Source of the DNA: Mustelus asterias
Taxonomy: Eukaryota
Length of the DNA: 64,000 nucleotides
Assembly: GCF_964213995.1 (NCBI RefSeq)
Contig: NW_027590191.1
Span: 1 to 64,000, forward strand
Reading direction: 5' to 3'
Every line of letters begins with the position of its first letter. Position 1 is the stretch's first letter. A program made the translations under genes and the position numbers. Below are positions 23,589-36,325 of this stretch, piece after piece. The notes under the pieces are model-generated. The model searched no databases. It saw only the letters and a list, made by a program, of their open reading frames with translations, and was not told the origin of the DNA.

Positions 23589-23923
23589 GGCGGCACGGTA
23601 GCACAGTGGTTAGCACTGCTGCTTCACAGCTCCAGCGACCTGGGTTCGATTCCCGGCTTAGGTCACTGTCTGTGTGGAGTTTGCACATTCTCCTTGTGTC
23701 TGCGTGGGTTTCCTCCGGATGCTCCGGTTTCCTCCCACAGTCCAAAGATGTGCGGGTTAGGTTGATTGGCCAAGCTAAAATTGCCCTTAGTGTCCTGGGA
23801 TGCGTAGGTTAGAGGGATTAGTGGGTAAATATGTGGGGGTAGAGCCTGGGTGGGATTGTGGTCGGTGCAGACTCGATGGACCGAATGGCCTCTTTCTGTG
23901 CTGTAGGGATTCTAAGATTCTAA
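23589..23923 (+). mobile_element. Full-length HE1-like SINE
   Basis: tRNA head GGCACGGTAGCACAGTGGTTAGCAC...GGTTCGATTCCCGG, V-SINE-like body, CR1-like tail ending (GATTCTAA)n. Confidence 0.9.
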
Positions 23924-24819
23924 GAGCCAGCAGGACTTGGGATCAGTTTGTTGCTGAATTGACAGTTGAAGAGGAAAGTAATCCCCTGTCGTTGGATGAC
24001 CAAATTCACTTTGTTCCTTTCATTTCCGCCAATAGGATGAATCGCAGATTCAAGGAGCTACGAGATCATTGGTTGCATTGAAGAACAAAAGAACGAGAAG
24101 CCGATAGGATGTCATCTGAGGTAGTTTTCCGTAAACCAATAAAAAGGGGCCTGGATGTGACTCATCTTCTTCCCAACTCTTGACTAAAGCAACTTCAGCT
24201 TCAACCCGCTCTGGTCAAATCCGCCGCGAACTCGCCGCAAACATGTCTCCTGTTATTCCGTATTTATTCCTCACAGCGGCAGCAAGTTGCTCAAGTCTGT
24301 GTTACACATCGTAACCACTCAGTATATTCTGCCGGGCAGCTCGCTCAGTGCAACGGGGAGGAGAAGGTGACCAGGGAATGGATTGATCCCAACATCGAAA
24401 TGTTATCTGGATCTCGCTGGTCTCAACGCTGCACAGATGGGATTAGGCCAACTTCCCCCTGGGAATGAGAGAGAATGATTTGGGCTGAGATTCAAGCTCG
24501 TCTGATACCAGTGAATGACTTTGGCAAACATCAAACTTCACACACACAGACCGTGAGCAAGTTCCAGTTATAGGGACTGAAGGCGAGGACCTGATCTTGT
24601 TCGAAAGAATAGAATATTTATGATGGAAGTTTTATTTAATCACCACAAGCGCCTCCCGCTCCACCCACTGAACTGCGTTATTTTTGACTGCGATTATTGT
24701 TCAAGCTGACGGCTGATTCAGCGGTGGGATGGGGTGGGGGTTGTGGGGGGGAGGGTTAATGGTATGGGGACAGAATGAAGTCTCTTTATTTAGTTTAATA
24801 CTTCTTTGGGTTCATACAG

Positions 24820-25122
24820 GACATTGTGGAGGAGATTCTGTTTCACAGGCATTGGCTGCAGTCACAGTCACTGAAGGAGATGATGTTCAGTTGTTCGGTC
24901 ATTAGTCCACTTCAAGCAACACTCCTTACTTATTCTGGACCGTCAGTAATCTAGTGGCTCCTTGGAGTATCGACTGTTGAGATATAGATACAGCGAGGAC
25001 ACTCAGAGATCACTGAGAGACTGTCTTTCACTGGAGCTCAATGATACATCCCGCACTGTCCCGCTGAAAGTGTAAGAAACAGAGCTGGCAGACTCCGGAG
25101 TGTATTACTGCGCACTGACTCC
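24820..25122 (+). pseudogene. T-cell receptor alpha/delta V pseudogene V4
   Basis: After CATACAG acceptor: HCGGDSVSQ...VTVTEGDDVQL, stops and frameshift around FW.RQ, then ELADSGVYYCALT. Confidence 0.88.
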
Positions 25123-25161
25123 CACAGAGACACAGAGCAGGGCTGAACCGGTACAAAGACT
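25123..25161 (+). other. RSS of V4, 23-bp spacer
   Basis: CACAGAG, 23 nt, ACAAAGACT. Confidence 0.85.
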
Positions 25162-28129
25162 CTCAGAGCCTCACTCAAGGTAGCGGAACTTTCGGCAAAT
25201 ATTGTGATCAGCGTGAGCCTGAAATGGAAACTGAAATCGTGGTGATTTCTCAAACTTTTAATTCTAGAAATGCTTTCATTAATAATAAATATTTGACCAG
25301 AATAACGAAATGGCGACAGTTCGAAGAATTTACGTTAGAATATACATAGAGTTTGATGTCCCAAAGTGTTTCCCCGTCACGATGGAAAACACAGCTGCCA
25401 ATTTGGACCCAGCATATCATTTCATCCAGTAATATTGCAGTGTTCTGTCTGTTTCAGTGATTGTGATTGATGAACAGATATCGAACAGGACATTTCTCCT
25501 GCTCTTCTTGGAAGCAATGGCCATGTGATGCATCACGTCCACCTGAGAGGGAAGACGGTGTCCTCGATTCAACAGGTCACCGAGTGGCTGGTGGCTCTGA
25601 CGGTGCAGCATTTCCTGAGCACTGCACTGTCTCCTCGGTAAGATCCCGGAGTGTTGTTCCTGACTGACTGCCGGTGTCCTGCGGAACGGAAAGAATCTCT
25701 GAACCGACTGGAGAAGGTATCCTGGAAATTCCAGGAGGTGGTGACCACTCATGAACCCAATCCTGGAAAAAATAGTGAAATGAAAGCAATACAATTAAAA
25801 ATGAACTTCACTGGGCCCCGTAGAAACAGGAGGACAACGAATTTACTCCTAGAATCAAATTTCACACGAAACGAGAAACTATTTTACTTTTATTGCGGCT
25901 TTTACAGATTCCAGATGTCCTAAAACACTTTCTAACTGCCGGAAGCTCATTCCCAGTGTAATCGCTGCTGTTATGTTAGAAACTGTATCAACGCAGAGAG
26001 CAGTGGGAATGTTCAATTATCAGTCAGAAAGGACTGTCACTCTGACCCTGGAGTAAAGGAATTGGGGAGTCCAGGAATTTCTGGGCTACTTCGATCTTGT
26101 CACAAACAGTAACCAAATGGACACCTCTTTCTCTTTCTCTCGGTTTCTCTCTCTCTCTTTATGCTACATTGAGGAACCACGTTGATTAGTAACATTGTGC
26201 TCATCGTCTTATCCATACTACCCAGCGACATTGGAATACATTGATTAATAAAATTCAATCTGAAAGCCTGCTGCGCCACCCTCCACATCTTCCAGAGGTT
26301 TCCATTAGATTGGTCAATGATTTTGCCTGAAAAAATACTGCAGCAGTTTCCATTACCTCCTGCAATATCACCAATGAGGAAACTCACCAGCTCTTACCAC
26401 CTGTCATTCAGCAGATTGGAAGAGTTTGAAAGCTGATCATCAACCTGTGCAATCGGAAAAGGATCACACATTCTGTAGACATAAGGTCCTGAAGTGGGAT
26501 TGGAACCCGAAGCTTCTGGTCCAGAAGACATCGTTCTGTGTCGGTGCTCCCATAATTCAAATAGAGACTCTTGTCCAAAATAAAATGTGTTTTCTGGTAG
26601 TGTCGCGACGCACAGATATTTTCTGTAACTCCAGCCGTCACCTGTAATCGCGGTGAACTGATGGATCTGCAAGTTTTATTCGCAGATGCTATGGAGCGCC
26701 ATCTAGTGGAATCTTGTCTGTGAAGAAGCAATTATCAATATGTTCCCCAATATTGCTGCATGATATTGCTGTGTTATTATTATTATGGCAGTTTATTTTA
26801 GGTTTTATTACTTTGATATTATTTCTGCATCTGATGTCTTTTTCACAAAATTTGCTATTTATGATTGAACTGAGAACATTTATCACAGTTTCTGACGCGC
26901 CTACTTGGATCGCACAGTACGTGTTCATTTCGATAAATAGATGAACTGAATGAAGTCACAACTCCACATGTGGCAATTTTGTATTGTTCATTTCGGAAGA
27001 ATGGAAGTTCCGAAAGCTCCTTAACATCAAACATAGATGCCGACCAAATAGCAATAAGCCAATTTACCAAAGAGCGATTTTTTTTTCTCACAGTGGTTTA
27101 CATTAGAAATAATAGCGACCAGACGGACTAACCGGATTTCCTTCCAACCGTTTCCAAACTTCCTTGATTGGGAACAAATCTGTCAGACCATTTCTGGACT
27201 TTCCCTCCCCTGGTGAAACGGTTTCCATTGTTGAAGCGTCTGTTCGGGATTATCATCTCCCCACCCTGCTTCATCTCGCTCGGTCTCTCCTGTCTTTGAT
27301 CTTAACCAGAAACGAAAGAAGATTCAGGAAACCGAACCAACTGCTTGAACTGTGCACTCAGCAATGATGTGTGTAGATTTATTCATGTGTTCTATAATCC
27401 ATGTGACTGATGATAAATATTGGATTTTTAAACTGTTTCACAAGAACAATAATAGACCCTCATTTTCTGCATCTAAGCCCTGGATTATTTTTCCTTCTTG
27501 TCTCCTCTAAATTAATATTTCGTTCTCAGTTTCTTTCGCTTCTCCACTATACAGTTTGCATATTTATATTTCTCGGAAAAAAGATACGGCGGTTTTTGGT
27601 TGTACTTCAGACAGAGCAGAATATTATGGGTGTCCTCCACCAGTCCCGTAGCATCAGAGGAAAATACACTGACAAGACACGCTGTGAATTTGCACTATTT
27701 TATGTTTTTTTTTTCAGGCCAACCATTAGTTCAACGAAGATAAACGCATTAATGCACTGAGAGCAGCCTGGTGTCCCCAGGGAGTGAGTGTTGGGGAAGA
27801 GAGATCACTGCGCTAAATATCGTTTAAATTGGTTATGGAAATTACAGGAAATAATCCAAAGAAAAAATAAGTAAGAATGGATCCGTCCCCAACACACCCA
27901 TTCCCAGTTACCCCATTCTTTTACCATGACCAATCCACCTCGGCTTTGAATGGTCCTACTTTATATAAAGCTGCCCTTTCTCTTCATCCTAGCTATGACT
28001 GTTACACGATATTCTGCACCCTCTCCTTTCATTTCCACCCCCCGCCCCCTCTACACTATGAAAAAGGCATGCTTTGGCGGTATAGCACCAGACACAGTGC
28101 TTTCACATTGGGACCCGCACACTGGTTCT

Positions 28130-28250
28130 GGGACTTGCCCTGCCAATCGGTCCTCACTTAGGGCACTAATGTCAATGTTGAAACGCCTGAGCTCCCAGGC
28201 AATGTCAGCACAACACCATTCCGGTCTGTCCCTGTTGGGATTGTCCATGA
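28130..28250 (-). mobile_element. RTE-clade LINE endonuclease N-terminal fragment
   Basis: MDNPNRDRPE...ELRRFNIDISALSE.RL.G is typical of the RTE APE domain start. Confidence 0.65.
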
Positions 28251-28529
28251 GGGCCCTGACATTTCAGATCCAAAGCTTATTTCATTTTTGCAAAAATGTA
28301 CTTCATTTGTAAAATATCTGGAAGAAGATTACAAACATTTCAAACTGGCCATCACGCGAAGTATAATAATATAAAGTTTCTATACATATATCATATTGCA
28401 ATCTGAGCTGCTTCAATACAGTCAAATAAATATTGCTGACATTGCAAAATGGTCATTACGAATGGTACAAAGGTATTTCAGTTTTTTTACACTCTGTTCT
28501 AGATGGTGGTGATTACCCCCGTGTTCTCT

Positions 28530-30120
28530 TGATTTGATTTGGTATGATTATTATTGTCACTTGTAATAGCATGCAGTGAAAAGTATTGTTTCTTTCGCAC
28601 TATACAGACAAAGCAAACCGTTCATAGAGAAGGAAGCAAGAGTGTGCAGATTGTAGTATTATAGTCATAGCAAGGGTGTAGAGAAAGATCAACTTAATGC
28701 AAGTTCAGTCCATTCACAAATCTGACAGCAGCAGGGAAGAAGCTGTTCTTGAGTCAGTTGGTACGTGACCTCAGACTTTTGTATCTTATTCACGACGGAA
28801 GAAGGTGGAAGAGCGAATGTCCGGGATGCCTGTGGTCCTTAGTTATGCTGTCTGCTTTGCCAAGGTAGCAGGAAGCGTAAACAGAGTCAATGGATGGGAG
28901 GCTGGTTTGCGTCATGGACTGGCTACATTCAAAAACTTTTGCAGGTTCTTGCGGTCTTGGGCAGAGCAGGAGCCATACCAAGCTGTGATACAATCCGAAA
29001 TAATGCTTTCTATGGTGCATCTCTAAACGTTGGTGAGAGTTGTAGCTGACATGCCAAATTTCCTTAGTCTTCTGAGAAAGTAAAGGCGCGTATTTCGTAA
29101 CTGCAGTGTCAGCATGGAAGGACCAGGACAGTTTGTTTATGACCGAGACACCTAGAAACTTGAAGCTCTCGACACTTTTCTATTTCATCCCCATTCATGT
29201 AGACAGGGGCATGTTCTCCTCTACGCTTCCTGAAGTCGATGACAATCGCCTTCATTTTGTAAACATTGAGGGAGAGATTATTGTCACCGCACCAGTTCAC
29301 CAGATTATCTATCACATTCCTGTACTCTGTCGCGTCATTGTTTGAGATCCAGCCCATTGTGGTGGTGCCGTCAGCAAACTTGAAAATCGAGTTGGAGGGG
29401 AAGTTATCCACACAGTCATCGGTGTATAAGAAGTATAGTGAGGGGCAGAGAACACAGCCTTGTTGGGCACCGGTGTTGAGGATGATTATGGAGGTGGTGT
29501 TGTTGCCCAGCTTTACAGATTGTGGCCTGTGCGTTAGGAAGTTCAGGATCCAGTTGCAGAGGAGGAGCCGAGGCCCAGGCCACGGAGTCTGGAGAAGTGT
29601 TTCGTGGGAATAATGGTGTTGAAGGCTGAGCTGCAGTCAATAAATAGGAGTCTGACATAGCTGTCTTTGTTATCCAGGTGTTCCAGGACCAGAGAGATGC
29701 CGTCTGCTGTGTACCTGTTGCGGCGGTAGGCAAACTGTAGTGGATCCAGGTAGTCCGGGAGGCTGGAATTGATTCCTGCCACGACTAGCCCTTCTGAACA
29801 CTTCAAAATGATGGATGTCGGAGCCACTGGACGATAATCATTGAGGCACGCTGCTTGGTTTTTCTCAGGTATCGGGATGATGGTTGTCTTCTTGTGGCAG
29901 ATAGGGACTTCAGATTGCTGTACAAAGAGGTTGAAGATGCCTGAGAATACCCCCAAAGATCAATCCCGGTTCAAGCTGATTCGCGCAGGATCTGAGTGCT
30001 CGTCCGGGATCCCCATCAGGGCCAGTCGCTTTCCGTGGGTTGACCTTCGAGAAAGCTACTCTGACATCTGCAATGGTGACCTCAGATACAGGTTCATCCA
30101 AGGCTTCTAGGTGGAGGGAA
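28530..30120 (-). mobile_element. Rex1/Babar-like LINE, 5'-truncated, frameshifted
   Basis: KATGPDG, CLNDYRPVA, LDPLQFAYR, SSAFNTI and KFADGTT motifs across ORFs 29910-30125, 29543-29956 and 29109-29411; ATCAA tail. Confidence 0.9.
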
Positions 30121-30149
30121 CGCATTGTTTCTGTAGTGCAGTGATTATC

Positions 30150-31520
30150 ACATTCACCAAATGAAAGTTTCCCGTTTCGAAAGCGGGCAGAAACATGTGT
30201 GAATGCTTTTAACCTCAGAGTGAGGAAAAGAACAATAATTCACGTTTACTTTTGAATATTAACTGAATACTTGATCTTACACTGTGTTACATTTACCCTT
30301 CCCCTTCACAGTTCTGCACACGTTCAAACTGACACAAAGTTTTTCACTGACTCTCGTTTCCAGCTGTGACCATTCAGAAAGTTTCCCTCAAACCTGCACA
30401 TTCCGGCTGATTGCAGTTGATTTGTGTCGGATTATTAAAGTCTCCTGCAGCAACACCTCAGTTAATAACAGTCACTGGAAGCCCCATTTCAGACGGGGAA
30501 ACACGCCCAACAAAGATGTTCTCTTCTCCGGTTCCACAGTGGGACAGGGACACGAGCAGGATTTTACCCCGCACTCTCCAATCACCCGCTGCCAGCAGAA
30601 ATTCGCGACTGCAGATGCATCTGTACGTTGTTTTAAACTCAGAATGTGGATCAATCATTTATTGTTGAAAATTAACTGAATGCAGTATTTTGCCCTTAAT
30701 GTTGCATTTCCCCATCCCTCTGCAGTTCTGTGTCCACTCAAACCCAATATTTTTAACTCAGACCCGTTTCCAGCTCTGACAGTTCAGAAAGCTCATCTCA
30801 AACATGCACATTCCGGCTCCTTCTTTCGTTCGTTCGTGGGACATAAGAGTCATTGACCAGTATTGATCGTCCGTCACTAGTTGAGAAGCAACTTTGCTGT
30901 GGCTCTGGAGTCACGTGTAGGCCAGACCAGCACATTCACTCCACTAAAGGGCATTAGTGAATCGTGCTTTTCCAACAAGGGACAGTGGTTGCATGGTCAT
31001 CAGTGGATTATTAATTTCAACCTTCTTTATTTTATTTAACTTCCACCAGCTGTCGTTGCGATCCCCAGAATAATACCACTGGGTCATTATCTCACCTGAA
31101 GCATCTGCGTCCGGGGAGACTCGAACTCAGAACCTCGGAATAACCCGCTGACTTCACTGCTGAAAAAGTACCGCGAGCTAACGGTTGCGCCACTGGAGCA
31201 CTGTTTTCGACTGATTTGCGTCCGGTTATTAATGGCTTCAGCAGTTTCATCTCCGTTAACAGTCACGCAAAGTCATATTTCAGTCTGGGAATCAAACCAT
31301 CAATGATTCGCTCTTCCACGTCTCCACAGAGAGTGAGACAGGCAGAAGCAGCAGGATATCAGTCCGCATTCTCCAATCACCCAATCGTTACCAGCAGAAA
31401 ATGACGACTGCAGCTTCAATCAGCGGGTTGCTGCTCATCCCTGGGACACAAGACTCAACCCAATTCAAACCTCCCAATACACCGAACACACGCTCAGCAA
31501 AAAATACATAGATTATACCC
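30150..31520 (-). repeat. Inverted segmental duplicate of about 18870-20200
   Basis: CATCCCTGGGACACAAG (31436) is the reverse complement of CTTGTGTCCCAGGGATG (19106); CAATACACCGAACAC versus TGTTCGGTGTATTG; shares the tRNA-Ile and the family B SINE. Confidence 0.88.
31106..31199 (-). pseudogene. tRNA-Ile(TAT) intron-containing pseudogene
   Basis: Minus strand GCTCCAGTGGCGCAACCGTTAGCTCGCGGTACTTTTTCAGCAG...; anticodon and acceptor stem mutated. Confidence 0.85.
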
Positions 31521-32205
31521 TGTTGTAGGTAAAAATACCTCTGAGTCTATTCGTCGATCAAAATACAGTGGTTTATTTGCACAATTGTGGGAGACTGTCC
31601 GATACCTAACATGGCCTCAGACTTTTCAGCAAATACAGGTTAAAAACATATATTTATACCCTCCCTGTCAGGTCCGCAATTTCCCAGGCCTCACACGTTC
31701 CCAGGCTGTGGCTTGTCTTCCATCGTGTGAACCGTGCTGCCTTGGCAGTTTCTTCGCGGTTGTCTTAAGGCCGTCACTGTTGTTCTCTGAACACAGGTGG
31801 GTTATCTTACTAATGTACAAGGTTATAGTCTCGCACAAAAAAGTTAACGGGCATGCAACAATTTATATATGTTCGTAGGTGCTTGTATAATGTATATCGG
31901 TACAGGTTATGATGAATATATATGAATGTATCATTATACAATCACAGAAGGCCTACATGTAGGCTTCTACTGTTACACAGCGGTACATATTAGGCTGGGT
32001 TAGCCACATTCCGGAACAGATTAGCCGGGCACAACATATTCTTGTATACCACAGCTGCTACCCTTATCTGTGCTTGGATACATGAGCATGAAAACACCCT
32101 AATGTAAACATGAGTTCTACAGTGTTTCTCACACAATCTCTAAATAGCACAGAATTCACTTTGGCACTTTGAGTATTAGAATTCATTAACCCATTCCCGT
32201 CTTCA
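31521..32205 (-). repeat. ERV 3' LTR
   Basis: TGTTGTAGG...CCCGTCTTCA, direct repeat of 43338-44036; preceded on the minus strand by polypurine tract GGGGGGGAG (32206-32214). Confidence 0.93.
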
Positions 32206-32349
32206 CTCCCCCCCGATTGGTCAGGTGCCAGGTGGTCCACACATGGCCCCATGACCAATTTAGAATCAAAGGTTACCAGCATATGGGCCCAGCTCCTTGT
32301 TCCGGAGGTCTGCCCCCTCTGCCTGTATAATGTATAATTATAATAAGAA

Positions 32350-33714
32350 TTATAATTCGGGCTGTTGCCGTTTTACAGCAGGTGTTCAATCATGCCATAC
32401 AAACATAGCAAACAATTACAATTACAATTAATACAATCAATCCATGCATCAGCTATGCACCCCACGACCCAAACCATTGCCCCAACCATCCCGGAGGGTT
32501 CTAATTGTGATACTGGCTCCCCTCATCCTGTATTGTTTCTGCCGCGTGTTTAATATGATCTGCTAAGCGAGATATATTCTCCAAAGCATCGGGAATGTAC
32601 GTACAGCATTCCGAGCCAACTGTGGCATATGTTCCTCCCTGGGAGGCTACCACATAATCGAGTGCCAATCGGTTCTGTGCTGCCACAGTGTGAATAGCTA
32701 CGACCTCTGCTGATATCTCAGAGACGGCCGTGCTCACCTCCTCGAACCCATCCTTAGTCTCATTCGCAATTCTCTCTAAGGTCGAGGCCATTCGTATAAG
32801 TTCTTGGGCTGCCTTTGCTGTCCCATAAAGTGGGTAGGCTATCATGAAGAACCATTCTGTCTCACTAATGGCTCGCCTAGCCGTAAGCAGGTGTATCTCG
32901 GTGTGGTCCCGTAAGTCAGTGTAATGGTGAATATGAGGCACCGCATATGCCAAATAACACGATCCTGCCCAATTCCAGGGAAGGCATGGATAGACATTGC
33001 TTCCACAGATAAAATAGGTACCATTATATGCAGTCATCGTGCTTACATAAGCGCGGAGAGACTAACCGGGATGATGGCTTTGGGGCACTGGATTGTGACC
33101 TGTACCATGGCCCAAGCGTCATTAGTGATATCAATCTGCTATATACAGTAGCTACGGTCAACAGGTATGGTTCCATTTCTTATCAGGCTGATAGATCCCC
33201 TTTGTTTATTTTTCACAACGAAGTAGGGTGGGGATTCTGATCTGTCATAGCTGGGCTGGTAATGTTTCTTAAAGGTCGATCAAGTACACCCTCCGCCCCC
33301 TAGCTTTAACACAACATCACTGTTGCTAACATTAAACGTACCCTGCATCGTGGTACCCAATGGGGTTTTGAATGTCAGTTTCCTTGTCCCTTTCTGGGTT
33401 CCATTCTGATTTAAAACCCATTCAATTACTTCCGGAGCTGATAAAGGGATAGGGCTTAAAGGAATTCCTCCCTTTCTTCCGTGCGTGGGAATGTGTGAAC
33501 AGACCCAGTACTTGCTCAGATCCGATTGTGATGCATACAGATAAGACATATACACAAAGGTGTTCATACAATAGACAGAGTCATCATTACAGAGATGTTC
33601 ACTGTGTCCCATCCCTAAATTCTCATAGTTCCATCTATACTTTCCCGCTACGGCTAACAGGGCCAGGGTCGTGAGAAGCAGCATGAAAATCATCTTATCT
33701 CTTACTAATAACAC
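32350..33714 (-). pseudogene. env: Retroviral envelope (gamma-type), frameshifted
   Basis: Hydrophobic signal peptide, YWVCSH, CLPWNWAGSC, cleavage site ARR/AIS, ISD QNRLALDY, CX6CC degraded to YX6CC, hydrophobic TM anchor near 32400-32440. Confidence 0.9.
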
Positions 33715-33854
33715 GCGCGACCGTTATACAATGGTCCAAAGGCTATACCGCCCGCGCGCAACTGTCCACAAACCCGTTCAGCTTGCTTGAAGGTCAGTCG
33801 TTGTCTGTACATTCCTGCAATGGGAGTATATCACATATTTTCCCAATTAGTTTC

Positions 33855-34220
33855 AGCATATTCTTTCAACTGAGTTTAATGCTTAATATTGCATATACTT
33901 ATCACTCATATCTTTACAGGCACAAGTCTCTCCACTAATTACAACTTCATACAGCCCATCCCATTTTCGTGCAAACCCTGATTTGTCAGGTAGTGTTTTC
34001 ACGAGGACGTCCCACTGTTGGGACGTCAGGGAGCATTTCAAGCTCTCTCTGCGTCTCTTATCTCCTCATTGTCTTGTACCAATTTGCGCATCCCTTTTAG
34101 TTGGGTGCTGAGTTCCAAAACATATCTCCTGATTTTATCTTTCAGTGGACTTACATCGGTCCCACCTGTTATGATGCTGTCTGGTAATTGCATCACCTGT
34201 CCTGTTATTAGCTCATAAGG
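33855..34220 (-). pseudogene. pol: Second, diverged integrase C-terminal fragment
   Basis: PYELITGQVMQLPDSIITGG...VKTLPDKSGFA.KW is paralogous to PYELMTGRAMQLPQSIITGG...VKTLPGKSGFAPKWKGPY at 36760-37125. Confidence 0.88.
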
Positions 34221-36325
34221 GAAACTAATTGGGAAAATATGTGATATACTCCCATTGCAGGGATGTACAGACAACGATTAGTATGGTGGGCAATACCTTT
34301 GGCCACAAAAGCCAGTGCATTATACATTCAACGACATACACCCCCCCTCCCCTCCCCGTCTCCCCTTGCATAGAAAGCTCAGTGCAAATCAAATAACACT
34401 TTGCACATCCATTCATTTGGATCTAATTCTATCAAAAGGCATCGCTTCCCTCTTTACAATCACATGCCATACAGCTCCGATCTTTATATGATGCATTCTT
34501 ACATTATATCTAATTTGGTCATTTGTTTGCCCACATTTGAAAGTGCGCTGTTTAAGCAGAAATTATCCTTCTAGAGACATATTGTCTCATAAGGTAAACA
34601 ACAGTGTTTCCTGGTCACAGATGTGTATGCTGCCGGACACAGCTCTTTAAAAACACAGATAACCGAATGAGCTATCTGTTGTGTTCAGTCGAATGTTGCA
34701 AGATTTTTGAGTCTGGCTGCAAATCCAGTCTCCAACTCTTTCTCTCTCTCTCAAGTAATCCGGTTTCACTTCCTGTCATGTTAATGCTAATTGTGCAAGT
34801 TATTACAAATTATGGCGAAGAATGGCTAGATGTGTGGAATAAACAGCCTTTTCTCCTACAGAATTATGTTTTATCAATACACAATATATAGAAATATATA
34901 AAATTGGTTAAGGCTCTTCAGGATTTGATATATCCAAACCCTCTTAATTTAAGCCGTGTCCATTTTTAAACTGCTCCAGATCAGAATACCTGCATTTTAG
35001 AACAATAACAAGCACAATACATATAACAATAACAATAGTTACTTGATTAGAAATGTTTTGGTTTGATTCCTAGCTGGCTAGGTGCTAAACCTTGAATAAT
35101 ATGCAATCCCAACGGTAATATATAATTTGAACATCATACTAGCCTTGAAAGTCACGTTATTATCATGTTACTTAAAACGAACTGGCAACACAAGTTCCAA
35201 CAATTCATGGTGTTCGATGGTTAGCAACTAACACAGATTAGAAATATTCAAGGCCAACATCTGTGTCTGTATTAACAACTGAGGTTTTAACTGATTAATC
35301 ACTGCTGTAACTTGGGGTAATCAGAACTACGATTCACTAATTTGATAGACTTTAAACTGACTCACAGACAGTATTTTCACCTCATTCTTTTGTTCCTGCT
35401 TTTCTATTTTTTTTCACAAATTTACTTATTTTTAACTTCTCGACTATATTCGTATACTTTCAACTTCAAGGCGAGGAAAAAACACATGGTCCTTCCAAGT
35501 TCTAACTCCTTTCTTAACATTAAAACAGTGAAGCAAACAACAACAAAACATTCACGCAACCACTTTGGTATTATAGGCGGGCACTCCCTTTTAGCCCGTC
35601 TGGCATTTAATACAGTTTCACGGTTGATCCATGTAACACATTTTAATTAGAATGCATTATGGCAGTATAATAATTCCCAGCATAACACACACACGCCCAT
35701 TCTACCTTATGTAACTCCCTTCTCTGTTAAATTTTGACTCTATATCTTAAAATTACTGCAAGTCTTATAACAGTATAGGACAGGATGGATTTGTTCTCTG
35801 CTTGTTTCAGCAGAGAGGCGGAGGGGTAAATTCACTCAGCTGAACATTAACAAGTGATTAATCATCACTTCAGATATGCAGAATGATTCTGTCCATTTAT
35901 CTTTTCAGTTTCAGTTCTATCAAGAATACATTTTACATTTAACAAAAACCTAATCCAAATCATCCACTTATTTTGATCACTTTTAGATATCCCTACTAAA
36001 TTAAGACATTTACACTGTCTTACAGACTCTCCGGTCTGCCTTTGTAATCAACACAGGCAGATACAAGACCGAATCTACTGTGTGCTTAAATGGTTAACTC
36101 TCCTTACGGCTCTACAGATGTAATGTGATGCTATTTTTCCCGCATTCCCCAAATCTCTGTCCGATGCACTATCGTAAAATTTCAACTTTGATCTGATATA
36201 CCCTATTCCACCACATGAGGCTCTCGATCGCACACTTTCATCTCTCTCTCTCTCTTTTCCTTTGTCAAGAGAGAGAGGGAGAGAAACTTACAGCCTGCTG
36301 GTGTTTAACCCTTTAATATCACGCT

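Noticed and set aside
24244-24290. Candidate leader exon for V4 (MSPVIPYLFLTAA)
   Set aside because: Followed by GCAAGT in phase 0, whereas the V exon needs a phase-1 GT donor; cannot be assigned confidently
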